A DNA stretch of 62,946 nucleotides, counting the filler, from Intoshia linei (taxonomy: Eukaryota; Animalia; Orthonectida): assembly GCA_001642005.1 (NCBI GenBank). It is 5 parts of 5 records of this genome, joined end to end, with 100 filler letters (N's around TTAATTAATTAA, not from the genome) between each part and the next. Parts side by side here need not be neighbours in the genome. Positions count along the whole stretch, not along the records: positions 48,966 to 56,527 come from LWCA01001539.1; positions 56,628 to 59,033 come from LWCA01002324.1; positions 59,134 to 62,946 come from LWCA01002020.1; 2 more parts are not named here. One strand, 5' to 3'. Numbering within the stretch: the first letter of the stretch is position 1; each line of letters begins with the position of its first letter. This document shows, one piece after another, positions 50,925-62,946 of this stretch. The translations under genes were made by a program, and so were the position numbers. The notes below the pieces were generated by a model, which saw only the letters and a list, made by a program, of their open reading frames with translations, searched no databases and was not told the DNA's origin.

Positions 50925-53900
50925 CTATATGTCAATTCTATTGAAAAACTTCACAGCTACACCAGATGTACTAGAAACTCGCTGATTAATGGGACAAATA
51001 TTGTTTAATAAATGTATACATAGTTGGTAAATGTAAAATTGGTAAAATTGGCTAAATGGTAAAAACTTGGCCAGACTTTTCCTTTTCACTATCTTCAGTA
51101 CTATACTCTTTTTTTGTAAATTCATTGTCATAATTAATTTCTTTCAATTCATTGTTTTTTACGTCCGTTGTAATTGATTCAATATAAACAATTAATTTTT
51201 TTAATCTTGAAAAAAGCATTTGATCTAAAAAGATAAAATCAAAATAAATTATACATAAATATATAAAATGTAATATAAAGATTCAAAATTTTCATTATAA
51301 TCAGTTATGTCAAAGTCCAACTGATTCCAAGTATAAAAAAATTCATACGCGTAATCCCTAATTTAAATGAAATAAATTGAATACTGGTATTTTTCAGATA
51401 ATTGATTATTATTAATTTGAAATAATCTATAAAAAAGTCTATATGTAACTAACCATTTTTAATTTCTCCGTTTTCACAACTGGCTAATAGAACTTTAATT
51501 TCTCTTGAATTTATCTAAAATTAAAAAATAGAAAAAAATATAAATATTTAATTACATTAATCTCATTAAAACTAGAAATTAGAGAATTTAATACAGTGTC
51601 TCTTAAACAATTTTTCTTTTTATGTTTGTTTCGTTCATTAACATACAATGTAATGTATTCACCGATAGATTGATTCTCAGCTTGCAAATGGGTGCATGTG
51701 TATTCAATTTCATTAATTTTTTTCTGTAATTGGGTATTTTTTATTGTCATTTGAGTTTGAATCTACAAAGTCAAAATAAGAGTAAAAAAATGAAATTTTT
51801 AATAAACAATATAAAATGAAAAAAGCACCTTACAATACTCAACAATATCGCGTTTTTGTTTATCAAGTTGCACACATAACTGTTTTTCATTACTTTTTTC
51901 AGCATTGTCAATGTACTTTTGTAAAAGATTCTAAAATAATAATAAAAAACACATAAACAAAGCAACTTGTGTCGAGCACAACTTTTCACTCAATTTAGAA
52001 ATTGTATCATTATTTTCTTTAGCAAGAGAATCTAAATCCGTCGAGTCGACTTTTTCCCGATGATTCAATAACTTTTTTAAATTTTCAATCTCAATTTCCT
52101 GATCGTGTGTCTAATTTTAAGTAAAAATGAAAATCAAAAAAAACCAATTCCAATAATTTTTCAATTTTTTCACGTTGTTCATCAAATTTATCCTGCAACA
52201 ATATTAAATTTTTAGCGTCATATTCATTTCGTGTGTGCTGAAGGTATAACAAATATCTTATAGAAAATTTCATTTATTACATTATTTATATATTCTTTTA
52301 AAGTGTTTAGTTCATTTATCAAATCAATATTTTCCTTTTCATCTTCCAGTCTCAATCTCTTTTCATCCGTCAACAAATTGAAAATCTCATTATATTTGGC
52401 ATTTAATTCAGTATAATTATTTGATAAACTAAAATTTCATTAGCTTTAATTTAATAAGTAAAATACTTTAAAATTGCAATGTTATTATCGGTATTTGCTT
52501 CTGATACATCTCTGTATATTATAAATTTATAATTGAATAAATTTAGATGCTTACGGTAACATTTCAGATAGACCCGACAGTCTTTTGTATATTACTGATA
52601 AATCATTTTCCAATTTTAACATTTTTGGTTCAAACATTTTTTCATCTACAGGACATAAATATACAATTTTATAAAACTACAAATTAGTAGACAAATTAGA
52701 CGTAAATAATCAAATTACTAATTTTTATTCGGTTATAATTTTGATTAATCTAAAGAGATATAATTTTTATTTATATATTTTTTAAAACTAATTTAAAATG
52801 ATTTAATATATAATTTGTATCAATTTCAATCTTGGGGGAATCTTTACATTTCTCTTTTGTAGACTAATGCATAATTTATATAGATTAAAATTTACATAGG
52901 TGTTACATGTGATATTAAATCGTTTTGAAGATTTTTACAATTTTTTTCACAGCTTTCATAACGTTCTCTAGATTAGATTATTTTAATGCACTCAAATAAA
53001 TAGTATATTAGATACAGGGATGTGAAGTCTAAAGTCTAGATCTGGCCAAATAAAAATAAAATGAAAAGTATTATAACCTGATGATCATATGACCATACTT
53101 CCCTCGACACGTCCTGATCGTTTACACTTACAATGTAGGCCTACAAAAATTAATTTTAAAATTACAATAAAATTTCGCTTTTATGATTAAGTGTATCTAT
53201 TTGAATCATTTTTTCAGCTAATATCTAAAATATAATTTAAACCGGTGGATTACAATTACATTCTCATTATATCGAGGGATGTAAATAAAGTAAAACCTGA
53301 TCAGTTTCATTTTTTGAAATGTTAACATCATTGTATTTGGATTCCAAATTTTTGTAATCTGTACTTAAGTTATCAAATTTACAAGTTAAATAGTCAATTT
53401 GTTCAAATCGACGATCATTTATTAATTTTTGTTCAGCTAATAATTGGTTGTATTCGGTTTTTTCACTCATTAATTGACCCATACGTCCATTTAGTTCCTA
53501 AATAATATGATACAACTTTTAATCACTAAATTATATCTAAATTGAATATATTAAATTTGAAATCCTTACATATATAAAATGCTTTGTTTGTGTGTGTTAT
53601 CGTTTATTTCAATAACTACGAATAACTAAATCTTAGAATTTTAAAAAGTTCACATTTCTATTACAATTTTTTCCGGGGTGATAGTAAAATAATTTTCAAC
53701 CTCCCCAACTAACATTTACTGGTCAAAAAGCCCAATTGTCCCTTTTTTTGAAAATCGAGTTCGAGAATTTAAAAAAATATACACTCTGATACAAATTTTA
53801 AAATCATAAATTTAAATTTATAAAAATATATCTTCAGGACCAAAACCTACATTACCATTTTTTTTAAAATGAAAACAACCTTAGAACTTAAAAAAATTTA

Positions 53901-54959
53901 CAGGTGGTACAGTTGTATCCTGTTATCACACACAAATTATTTCAATCTGAATAAGTGACGCCTTCACGGACACCAAAGTACTTTAGTATTCATATATTTT
54001 TTATTATATTAAATTATTTGACAAAAATACAATAATTTTGTTAATTTTAAATTATACCGATATTTCTTGTTGCATTAAATTAATTTTTTGATTCTAAATA
54101 CACAACATAAATAAATTAAAATTTTATATTCTCTGTGGGATGAAAACGGATCATTTTTATCAACATTTAAATATGATTAATTAAAGAAATATGAACGACA
54201 TACCTGATCAATTGATGAAATTGATACATTGGGTGAATAAGTTTCAGTAATATTATTAATTTCATTTTGATCATCTTTTTGTTTGAAAATTTTCAACTAC
54301 AACTGTATTAGTAATATATTGAATTATTATATTGTACTGCATCGTATAAGTTTTATAATAAGAATATTATAGCAAAAAGTGTATTTTAGTGTTTAAATAA
54401 CTACCTGACGTATTTTTTAACACACTTTAAAAAATACACCTTATAAATGAAATTTACAAAAAGAATAAAATAAAGACCCATGAGTAATCAAGGTTAGCTT
54501 TTGTATCACTAAATTCTACAAGCCTTGTAGAATTGTAGTACAAGGTATGTTTAATTAACATTGTTGATTCCATTGAAAAGTTTAATAAAAAATGTTACTC
54601 ATTCTCTCTTATAATGATAAAGTACATTGTGTATTTAGCTTTGGTTTCAATATTACGGGCCGATTAAGAACTTTTCTATTACACAGAGAACACTAGAAAA
54701 CACACCAGAAAATAATTTTCTAATACAATCTTAAAATTTAACACATCCGATTTGATTGCCATAACTAGTTAAAGTAAAAGGTAAAAGGTACGAGTAAATT
54801 TTCAATTATAAAATAGACATATTAAACTTGATTGGAGCGTATTCATTATAGTTTCAACTGATTTAATTCTTGATGACGGTATATATATAAAGCACATATT
54901 GCCTTGAAAATATAATTTACTTTTTTTCTAGCATATGCTAATTTTTCTTCGCGATTCAT
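50925..54959 (-). CDS. GOLGA2: Golgin subfamily A member 2 (GM130)-like coiled-coil protein; 3' end approximate
   Basis: N-terminal MNREEKLAYARKK|LKIFKQK matches the GM130 KLAAAKKKL motif. Many coiled-coil exons follow, and LQAENQSIGEYITLY matches GM130 L.GET.TIGEYI.LY. Confidence 0.85.
53563..54000 (+). mobile_element. Helitron 5' half in a GM130 intron
   Basis: A|TCCTTACATATATAAAATGC...TGTGTGT followed by family internal blocks. Confidence 0.85.
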
Positions 54960-55755
54960 TATTTTCTGAATAAACGATTTAATGTATTACGTCGATTAAA
55001 TATCTATTGGCAACTAATATATTTATATCAGGCAATTATGTTTATTTCTTGATATTGTAAATTTTTGATATTTATTCACCTGTCTTAAAATTATTGAAAA
55101 TGAATCATGACCGTAATTAATGTTTCCGTTTTCAAGATTCAATTTAAATATATATCGATGCAGATGTTTATTAGTTTTCTCTTTTATTTGACACAATTAT
55201 TATGATAATTATAATCCTGCCACGGGTACTGATGAACAAACTAATTTTTGAATATATACGGGCCGAGTTAATAATAGAAAAATTTGATATAGATTTGTTT
55301 AGTATTATAATTTAGATGTGATATTTAGATTTTTTGACTATTTGGTTATTTATGAATCAAAAATTTTTAAAATTAGATATATCAGTTTTTCCATTGATTG
55401 TAGGTATTACAGGAGCCTTCGCCTAAATATATATAAAATAAATATTTGAAAATAGTGTAATAGGCAAAATTAAAATTAACCAATATCGTACCGCATACAT
55501 AATAATTATATACATGTCTATTAGGGTGGTTCAAAAAAAAAATTTTAAAAAGTACTTTTGAGTATAGTAACATAGTTACACTACTAAACTTCAATCTCCA
55601 TACACAAAATATATTATCAACTAAATATTAATTACAAAATTTCATTAAATACTTAATATATTTGGCGTTATATTACTAATTAATATTTACAAGAGTATTG
55701 CTTCAACTGCAATAGGTAATTTAAACTTAATTGATTTAATAGAAAAATATATTTT

Positions 55756-56527
55756 ATGTCCGAATCTACCCTCGTGGTTTCAAACTTATCACTTGTTGGT
55801 TGTCCTGATTGTCTTTTCACCAGAATCTTGAATCTTGAAGCATTAATCAGTGAATACGAAAATTACGGAAGAATTAAGCGCATATGGATCCCTAAACATG
55901 AAACACATGCCTTTGTACAATTTTACAGGATGCGAAAAATGCATTAAATGATAGTCTTACGAATCAAACATACATAGACAATACACCAGTTAATGTAAAA
56001 CTATACTCAACTGACTACAAGACTAATCATATACAGCTTAACCAAAACAAAATCACTATGTAATGATTAATGGAATAAAATTCCTCTTTGACACAGGTGC
56101 AGCAGTAAACTGTATAAACATTTCAATCTACAAACATAGTAATCTGAATGAAATGATAAAATCAAATATGTCACTCAAAGGTTCAGACGGTAGCCATCTT
56201 CACTGCTATGGGTTCATAATCATGAAACTGTACGATGGAAATTATCATGTATTCTACATTACTGATACAGAGAATATAATTAGGTTAAATTCTGGAAAAT
56301 TGTTAGGACTCGTAATTCTAAATCAACTACCAGTCAATATAAAATTTAAATCTTATGATACTCAGCCTATCAGTGTTATTGAACGTGATGAATCAATCAC
56401 ATTAGAACTACCCAATATCCATAATAATTCATTTGTGGAATTAGTAAAGAAATATGCTTCTATCTTTTCTAATACACCCGGAAGAACCAAATTAATTAAC
56501 CATAATATCAAAACTACAGCTGGTAAA
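55756..56527 (+). mobile_element. Retroelement relic: RRM ORF followed by a Ty3/Gypsy-like retropepsin and pre-RT linker, truncated by a gap
   Basis: RRM: YGRIKRIWIPKHETHAFVQFY..DAKNAL...PVNVKL. Protease: IKFLFDTGAAVNCI. Linker: KKYASIFSNTPGRTKLINHNIKT, typical of the region just before Gypsy RT. Confidence 0.75.
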
Positions 56528-56627
56528 NNNNNNNNNNNNNNNNNNNNNNNNNNNNNNNNNNNNNNNNNNNNTTAATTAATTAANNNNNNNNNNNNNNNNN
56601 NNNNNNNNNNNNNNNNNNNNNNNNNNN

Positions 56628-56760
56628 AAAGCCATCGGAACTCACTGTATGATTCATCGACAAGTGTTAGCAACAAAGACTATCACAAGAATTTCAAGAT
56701 CATTTATCGAAAGCAGTGTTATAAATTTGAGATGATTATAAAGAGTGTTGCACCTTAATA
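56628..56760 (+). pseudogene. hAT Buster/Charlie transposase fragment
   Basis: KAIGTHCMIHRQVLATK is the hAT CxxH motif (THC.IHR..LA.K). Confidence 0.85.
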
Positions 56761-58607
56761 TTACGAATGTTTAGTGATCAATTGACTCTAAGAAAATCGA
56801 GTCTATGTTAAGGGCAAAATGGATGTTTCATATATTATATTGTGATAAATCCTATATATTCGGATTTAATCAAACTTATGAAGAAAAATGTTTCCTTGTA
56901 TGGTTTTCAATGGTTATTTACAGTTTTAGTTGGAGGCCGCTGATATACAAAAGGCTAGAATCAATTAAATGTCCATAATAATAATAAATAATGTAATGTT
57001 GTAATAATAATAATGATAATATGATGTAAATAATTTTTGCCTGGGAATCAACGTTAACAATTAATCTAATATTTACAAGAATATACGACTGTGCTAAACT
57101 CAAATTTACTCTTCACACTGATTATTTTTTCAAGGATGTGAAATGCGTGAAAAATGTTCCTTCTGTCAATGATCTAGCTGAATTAGCATAAATGAATGTA
57201 ACATTGTATACTAACATCTGTATAACAAAGTTATGTTTGACATATTTCTTGATTTATTAACATAACATAAACTAAGAATACTTTATTTTTAGTAATACGT
57301 ACTTTATTATAAAAGTAAAAAATTTTACCCATGAATTCAGGTGAAGATAAAAAGAAGAGAGTAAGAATATTTTGGATTTCTAAAAATAAAGTACAATTTG
57401 TAATTTACTAAAATAAAGTATTTTCTACCAAAATAACGTTAAATTAACGGGTAGCCATACTTAATTCACCTTGCCTGCTCGCGGGAAATTCATGTACCTG
57501 GGGCAAATGACATGTTTTAATGTGATGCTACAGTATGATAGATTGCTTACAAAGGCACACCAGATTAAAGTACGCAATATATGTGCGTCATCGAAGTTAA
57601 ACATTAAATATTTAGTATAATCACATATTGTATACTAGCTTCCTTCAATTAAATTTATTATTATATAAAAAAAAATATTGGACCTGCAAATAATTTAACC
57701 AATATATTGGGTGAAATGAATATACAAGCTCATTTCATGGGATTGGACGATTATGTAAAACTAATGTATAGGCGTCATCAGTCATAGAATATTGTTGTGG
57801 AACCCAATATAAGACGATTAGGCCTGCGCGATACATAGTTTTGATAGTAAAAGTGGTTTAAAGGATCCGGGAGATTTGTTGCAAACAATTGTAGACTTAC
57901 GAATGTACTTTGAAGAGGATATTGTAGATGAAAACGGTATAGGATTTACGGGCATGGCAATGCTACCGCGAAAAATTATCACTGATATATTTGTCTTAGA
58001 CTAAGTACTACTTATGATGACGAATAAAAATTTTCGGCTTAAAATTTATTCCAAATAAACTATAAGTGATAGTACGTATTTTTCTGGCCACTTTATCTTA
58101 GTAGAAAAAATTTCTGATTTTGAAAGGGCTGCATATCAACTATGGTTAGAACAAAACCCTAACGATCTTAATAACAGAATACTCGATAATAGAGGTTATA
58201 CATTGCATATACCATTCGAAGAACTAAATATTGCATTGACTTCAGATTATATCTATAAATTTAAAATACGCACGAAAAACCAGTAGATGTTGACGTACAC
58301 TATGTCACATCACACTTGGTTGAACATAATTTAACAATGCAGTACACAAATCATCAATCAAACTCCATTAAATCTCCACCCTTTAATTTTAAAACCAATT
58401 GGTGACGAGAACTGGTTTTTAATTGCAATGTACACTACTGGGTACTTTGCTATGAGTACGTGGTCCAAAGGAGATATAGCGATTGAGCTCGAAGATTACA
58501 ATTCATTTTGTCAGGACATATATAAGGTGACAGAAGAATGGAGAATAAGAAAACATCAATAAATGGAAAGTCAACGCAGGAGTATGGGAATCGATAGGTA
58601 AAAGATC

Positions 58608-58835
58608 TTGTTAATAATTAATAAGAGTATGTTAATGATAAACAAGATGATCAAAGCAATGATAATGTATGTTATAACTGGTACACAATTAAAATTCAAT
58701 AATTATTCTTTATTTCATGTTAATGCTAACATCAGTAATAAAATGTACTCATGTTTAATTGATATAGGTTCAATCGCTTCGTTTCTCCCAAATTCATTTA
58801 AACCTCATCAAAAAGTTAAATGTTACGGATTCTAA
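58608..58835 (+). pseudogene. Decayed retropepsin
   Basis: VNANISNKMYSCLIDIGSIASFL is a retropepsin core with DTG changed to DIG. Confidence 0.55.
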
Positions 58836-61800
58836 ACTAAATACACACTTGTCAAATTTTTAGGCAAATTATATAAAGCTATGTAATACACTCAAGATCT
58901 GACCAAAATATTTATTTTTTTTTGTAATTTGGTGACTTGTAACAGATGCTAATATTATTCATTAAAAAATAAATAGTTGATATGCAAAAAAACTTTTTAT
59001 CTACTTATTATCGTTTTCTTGCATAATTTAGTANNNNNNNNNNNNNNNNNNNNNNNNNNNNNNNNNNNNNNNNNNNNTTAATTAATTAANNNNNNNNNNN
59101 NNNNNNNNNNNNNNNNNNNNNNNNNNNNNNNNNTAGTAGTATATGTAAGTGATTGCCAACGGAGCGATATCGGTCTTTAGAGAACATTTTAAAAAATTAA
59201 AGATTTTTGCTATGACAACTCAATGCGTAAAATCCAGTTTTTATCAAAAAAAATAAAAAAAGTACAGTTTGGGAGTATATTAATGTAATGTAGATCTCAC
59301 ATATAAAAATTAATGTAATCTAAATTAAAGTTACATTACTAATAGTAAGTTACGATCTCTGAAATTGACCATTTGATAAAACGGTATTGTATTAATAACT
59401 TATTTATAAATAAAATTAGAATTGATAAATTTGAGTTTGCTTTGAGAGTTGTATGTATAAAAAATTTTTATTGCAAAATTTAATTTTTTTTATAATGATA
59501 TAAATAGCGGTGATTATGCAAACAAGTTTGGAAAACACTAATTATAAAATATATAATATAATGAATGTAATAAAATAATTATATTATACATTATAACATA
59601 ATTTATGATAGAAGTAAATAATTCAAAATATTTTTAATTTTATCCAAATTTACATACTAAATTAATGTATTTGTGTATTTTAAATATGATAAATTAAATA
59701 AGAATAAAAATATATCAAGTAAGTAATACAAATTAAGTATCAAAAATTGAACAATAATTTAAAGTAAAATTAATAAAAAGCGAAAGTTAAATTTAATTTA
59801 TAAAATTTTAGATAAAAAAAATTATCATTAATTTTAAAATTGCTAGAATTGTTAATTTTAGTAGTCCTATACTTATATAAAATTGAATATCTATGTGTTA
59901 CCGTTTAATTAATAAATTAACAGTCTAGAATTAAATAAACCCAATTTCTAATACATTTTTTTAACACTGATGTTTTATCGCAAATTTAATGTTCAGAAAT
60001 GAGTGAATTGAATCGTTCAGAGTTAAAACCACAAATAATTATTTTTATTAAAATTAAAGTCAGAATTTTATAAAACATAAGTATTAAGATATTTTTTAAA
60101 ATCATGAGTATTACATTAAATCAAAACCTCAAAAACTTGCCGTTTCACGGTCAAAATCCCAGATTGTCAATAACACTCAAGTTAGTATATTATATACAAG
60201 TTAAGTAAGTAATAATAATTTTAATAGTAAGTTATATAAGAATAAATGTTTAAAAATTCATTTACTCACTACGCGATTAATGTTATGTTTACTTCAAAAT
60301 TAGATTTTAAATGATATAATTTTAATAATAATAATTTTAATATTATAAATTGAGGATAATGCGAATAATAAATGAAGTTAAATAAAACTAAAATAAGTTT
60401 AAAACTAATAATTACATTTAGAATTAACTAATTTAAACAGATTAAAAAATATTCTAAAATTATATAAAGATTATAAAATAAAATATTTACGAACTTTAAT
60501 AATAAATTAATACAATAATAGACATAAAAATCGATTTGATGTCAATTAATCAATTTTATTAAATTTAATTTTGAAAATTTACTAGCTAAATAATACATTA
60601 AATATTTATTTTCAATTGATTTTAGTAATTATTATTTTAATGTATTTGAATTTTAAGATTACAATCTGAAATTATAATTATTATTACAATCATTGTATCA
60701 TATATGTATTTATTTTTTTAATTATCGTATTTTATATAATACGTGATATGACTAGAACCGGTTGATAATTTTAAGACCATAAATAAAAATTTTTGTGATA
60801 AAACACAAATTTTTTTTGAACGTTACCATTTCGAAGTAAAAAAATTTTATATAGTCATATGGCCACTTAGCCTCTCTAAGGCCCTGGAAATACATTTAAA
60901 TAGTAATTATTGAATATACATTAGACATAGTATTATAATTTACCGACTATATTAATTAAAATGATTTTGATCTTTTTTACTCGTTAATAATAATAAAATA
61001 AATTACCAACTGTGAAACACGAAGGAAATGTATTATTAATATATTAATTCGTAGCTGAAAGTAAAATACAAGTTTTACAATGTATATTTTATATTATACT
61101 TTGATTAATATTAGTATATGTCAATTAAAACACATTAATTAATACAAATTTAATTTTAATTTAGTCTATTCACAATTAAATAGTTTAATATAATATTATA
61201 ATGTCGTAGTTTAATAAGTAATACGTTTATATTTATTTATTGGTTTATTCAAATGTTTATAAAACTATATTTACAAGCTGTAAAGTAAATTTATGTATAT
61301 CATATTGTTATCATATTATATTTTGTATCATATACATTAACATCATATTATATATCAACTTTTAATAAATGCTTTATTAGCGTTGATTTAATTATATACA
61401 TTATGTATATTAATTAATAATAATACATTTTTAATAAAATCTCACGCCGAATAAAATTAATAAATTTTTACCGACTATGTTTTAATGCGTTATTAATATA
61501 TTATACATTTTATTATATATGAATGTATTTCATGATCATTTATTTAACTTACTTACTGAATAAAAATAGATAAGACGTAATGATATGATTAAGCAACTGA
61601 TTATGAATATTGATAAACGCTACGAATTTAATCAAATGATGTGAATAAAGAATTAAGAACCAATATTGGAATATGAAATTTTATAATTATAATTATTAAG
61701 AATATGTAAAAATTAAATATGTATTAAAATATTAATCAATACTAACGGAAATCGATCCCATCATTTATAATAATAAATTCTAACTTATAATATAATATAT

Positions 61801-62946
61801 GTTAAATAAAGTTAAGTAAATTTTATTTACGTACTGGAAATTATTAAATTTTTAACATTTCATTATTAACGAAATGTAGATTCTACTTTATGTACATTAA
61901 TTATCTATATTTTTAAATTAAAATATACTTGCTTCAAATGAATAAACACATAAACAAATAAAGGATTAAATTAAATTAGAATTTTTCTTACAAATAGACG
62001 TAGATTGGGGTGTTTCACCTTTTGAAACAAATTTAGGTAAATCTTTTATGTCAATTAAAGAAATTCAAGGGTGAAATATTTTAATTTAATATTTAGTTTT
62101 AAAGTTGGCACTGTATTTTTAATATTGTCACATATGGGTCCGAGAAGTTATTTTAGATGCCAGTTCATTTACTATTATAATTCCAAATTTATAATTCATA
62201 AATTATAAATATTTTTATATTCCTAAAATTAAGATTTCTAAATTTTCAAAGATGCAGATTGCTATTCAATTCTGAATAATTTTGAATAATTCTACATTGT
62301 ATTTTTGTGGGTTTTATATGTTTTAATCAGAAAAATAGGCAAGAATAAACAAACTTGTAGAATTACAAAATAAATGACTACGAAACAACAAAAAATGCTT
62401 CAAAACTAAATTTTAATAAAAATTTTTTAACATTTAAAATTTATATAGGAACTTGAATAATTTATATAATAATTTCGGATTAGTGTTATCTAATAAAACA
62501 CCATTAAGTATATGTATCTTAGACAAACGATTAAGATATACGATTCTTATATAATAGTTGAATTATTACCACCTAAAATGAATATTGTCTTATATATGAA
62601 AGTATAATATCAATCCGTATAATGCAATGTGATATTTTTAAAATATAATCTTCAAATTTGAAATGTTCATAAATGCTTGAACATATGTTAAATCAAAAAT
62701 CTCAAATTTCAAATCAAATTTTGTAAAAAGTCGAAGATATCACATAAGTGACTATTATACATTTTAATTATTGAAAGTTAATCTTACCAACTACGTTATA
62801 AATTTATTTTTATTTATACTTAAATTATTCAAATTTTTATGAAAATATTGAAAAGTTGCCAAAAATGTGAAATTTTATGGTTACATAAATTTTATCGATT
62901 ACATTATCAATAAATACCATCTATTATAATTTTATTAATTTTAAAT

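Noticed and set aside
57455-57510. ATACTTA.../TACCTGG resembling the U1 snRNA 5' end
   Set aside because: There is no contiguous ATACTTACCTG, no U1 stem-loops and no Sm site.
1-62946. Alternative genetic code as an explanation for the fragmented ORFs
   Set aside because: Conserved genes end at TAA or TAG in the expected positions, and GT-AG introns explain the fragmentation.

Overview
This is very AT-rich animal nuclear DNA, not prokaryotic. It has GT-AG spliceosomal introns (many only 35-45 nt, others inflated by transposons) and uses the standard genetic code. The style resembles compact parasite genomes such as the orthonectid Intoshia, but that is only an inference. Recognisable spliced genes are NDUFV2, a DUF4807/F58A4.6-like gene, GTF3C3, UTP18, dUTPase, a stand-alone Dishevelled-type DIX ORF, a MIER-like ELM2-SANT gene and GM130/GOLGA2. 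A GRAF/oligophrenin-type RhoGAP is present as two pieces in reversed order: the RhoGAP-SH3 exons lie upstream of the BAR exons on the same strand, and the GAP lacks its arginine finger. Introns and intergenic DNA hold a non-autonomous Helitron family, many hAT-Buster MITEs with 8-bp TSDs, hATm, Chapaev3 and Buster transposase relics, a MULE-like MITE and a Tc1/mariner-type MITE. One retroelement relic has an RRM ORF in the gag position, in front of a retropepsin. Four 100-bp N/TTAATTAATTAA spacers are scaffold artefacts. All homology calls come from motif recognition by eye, with no database searches.
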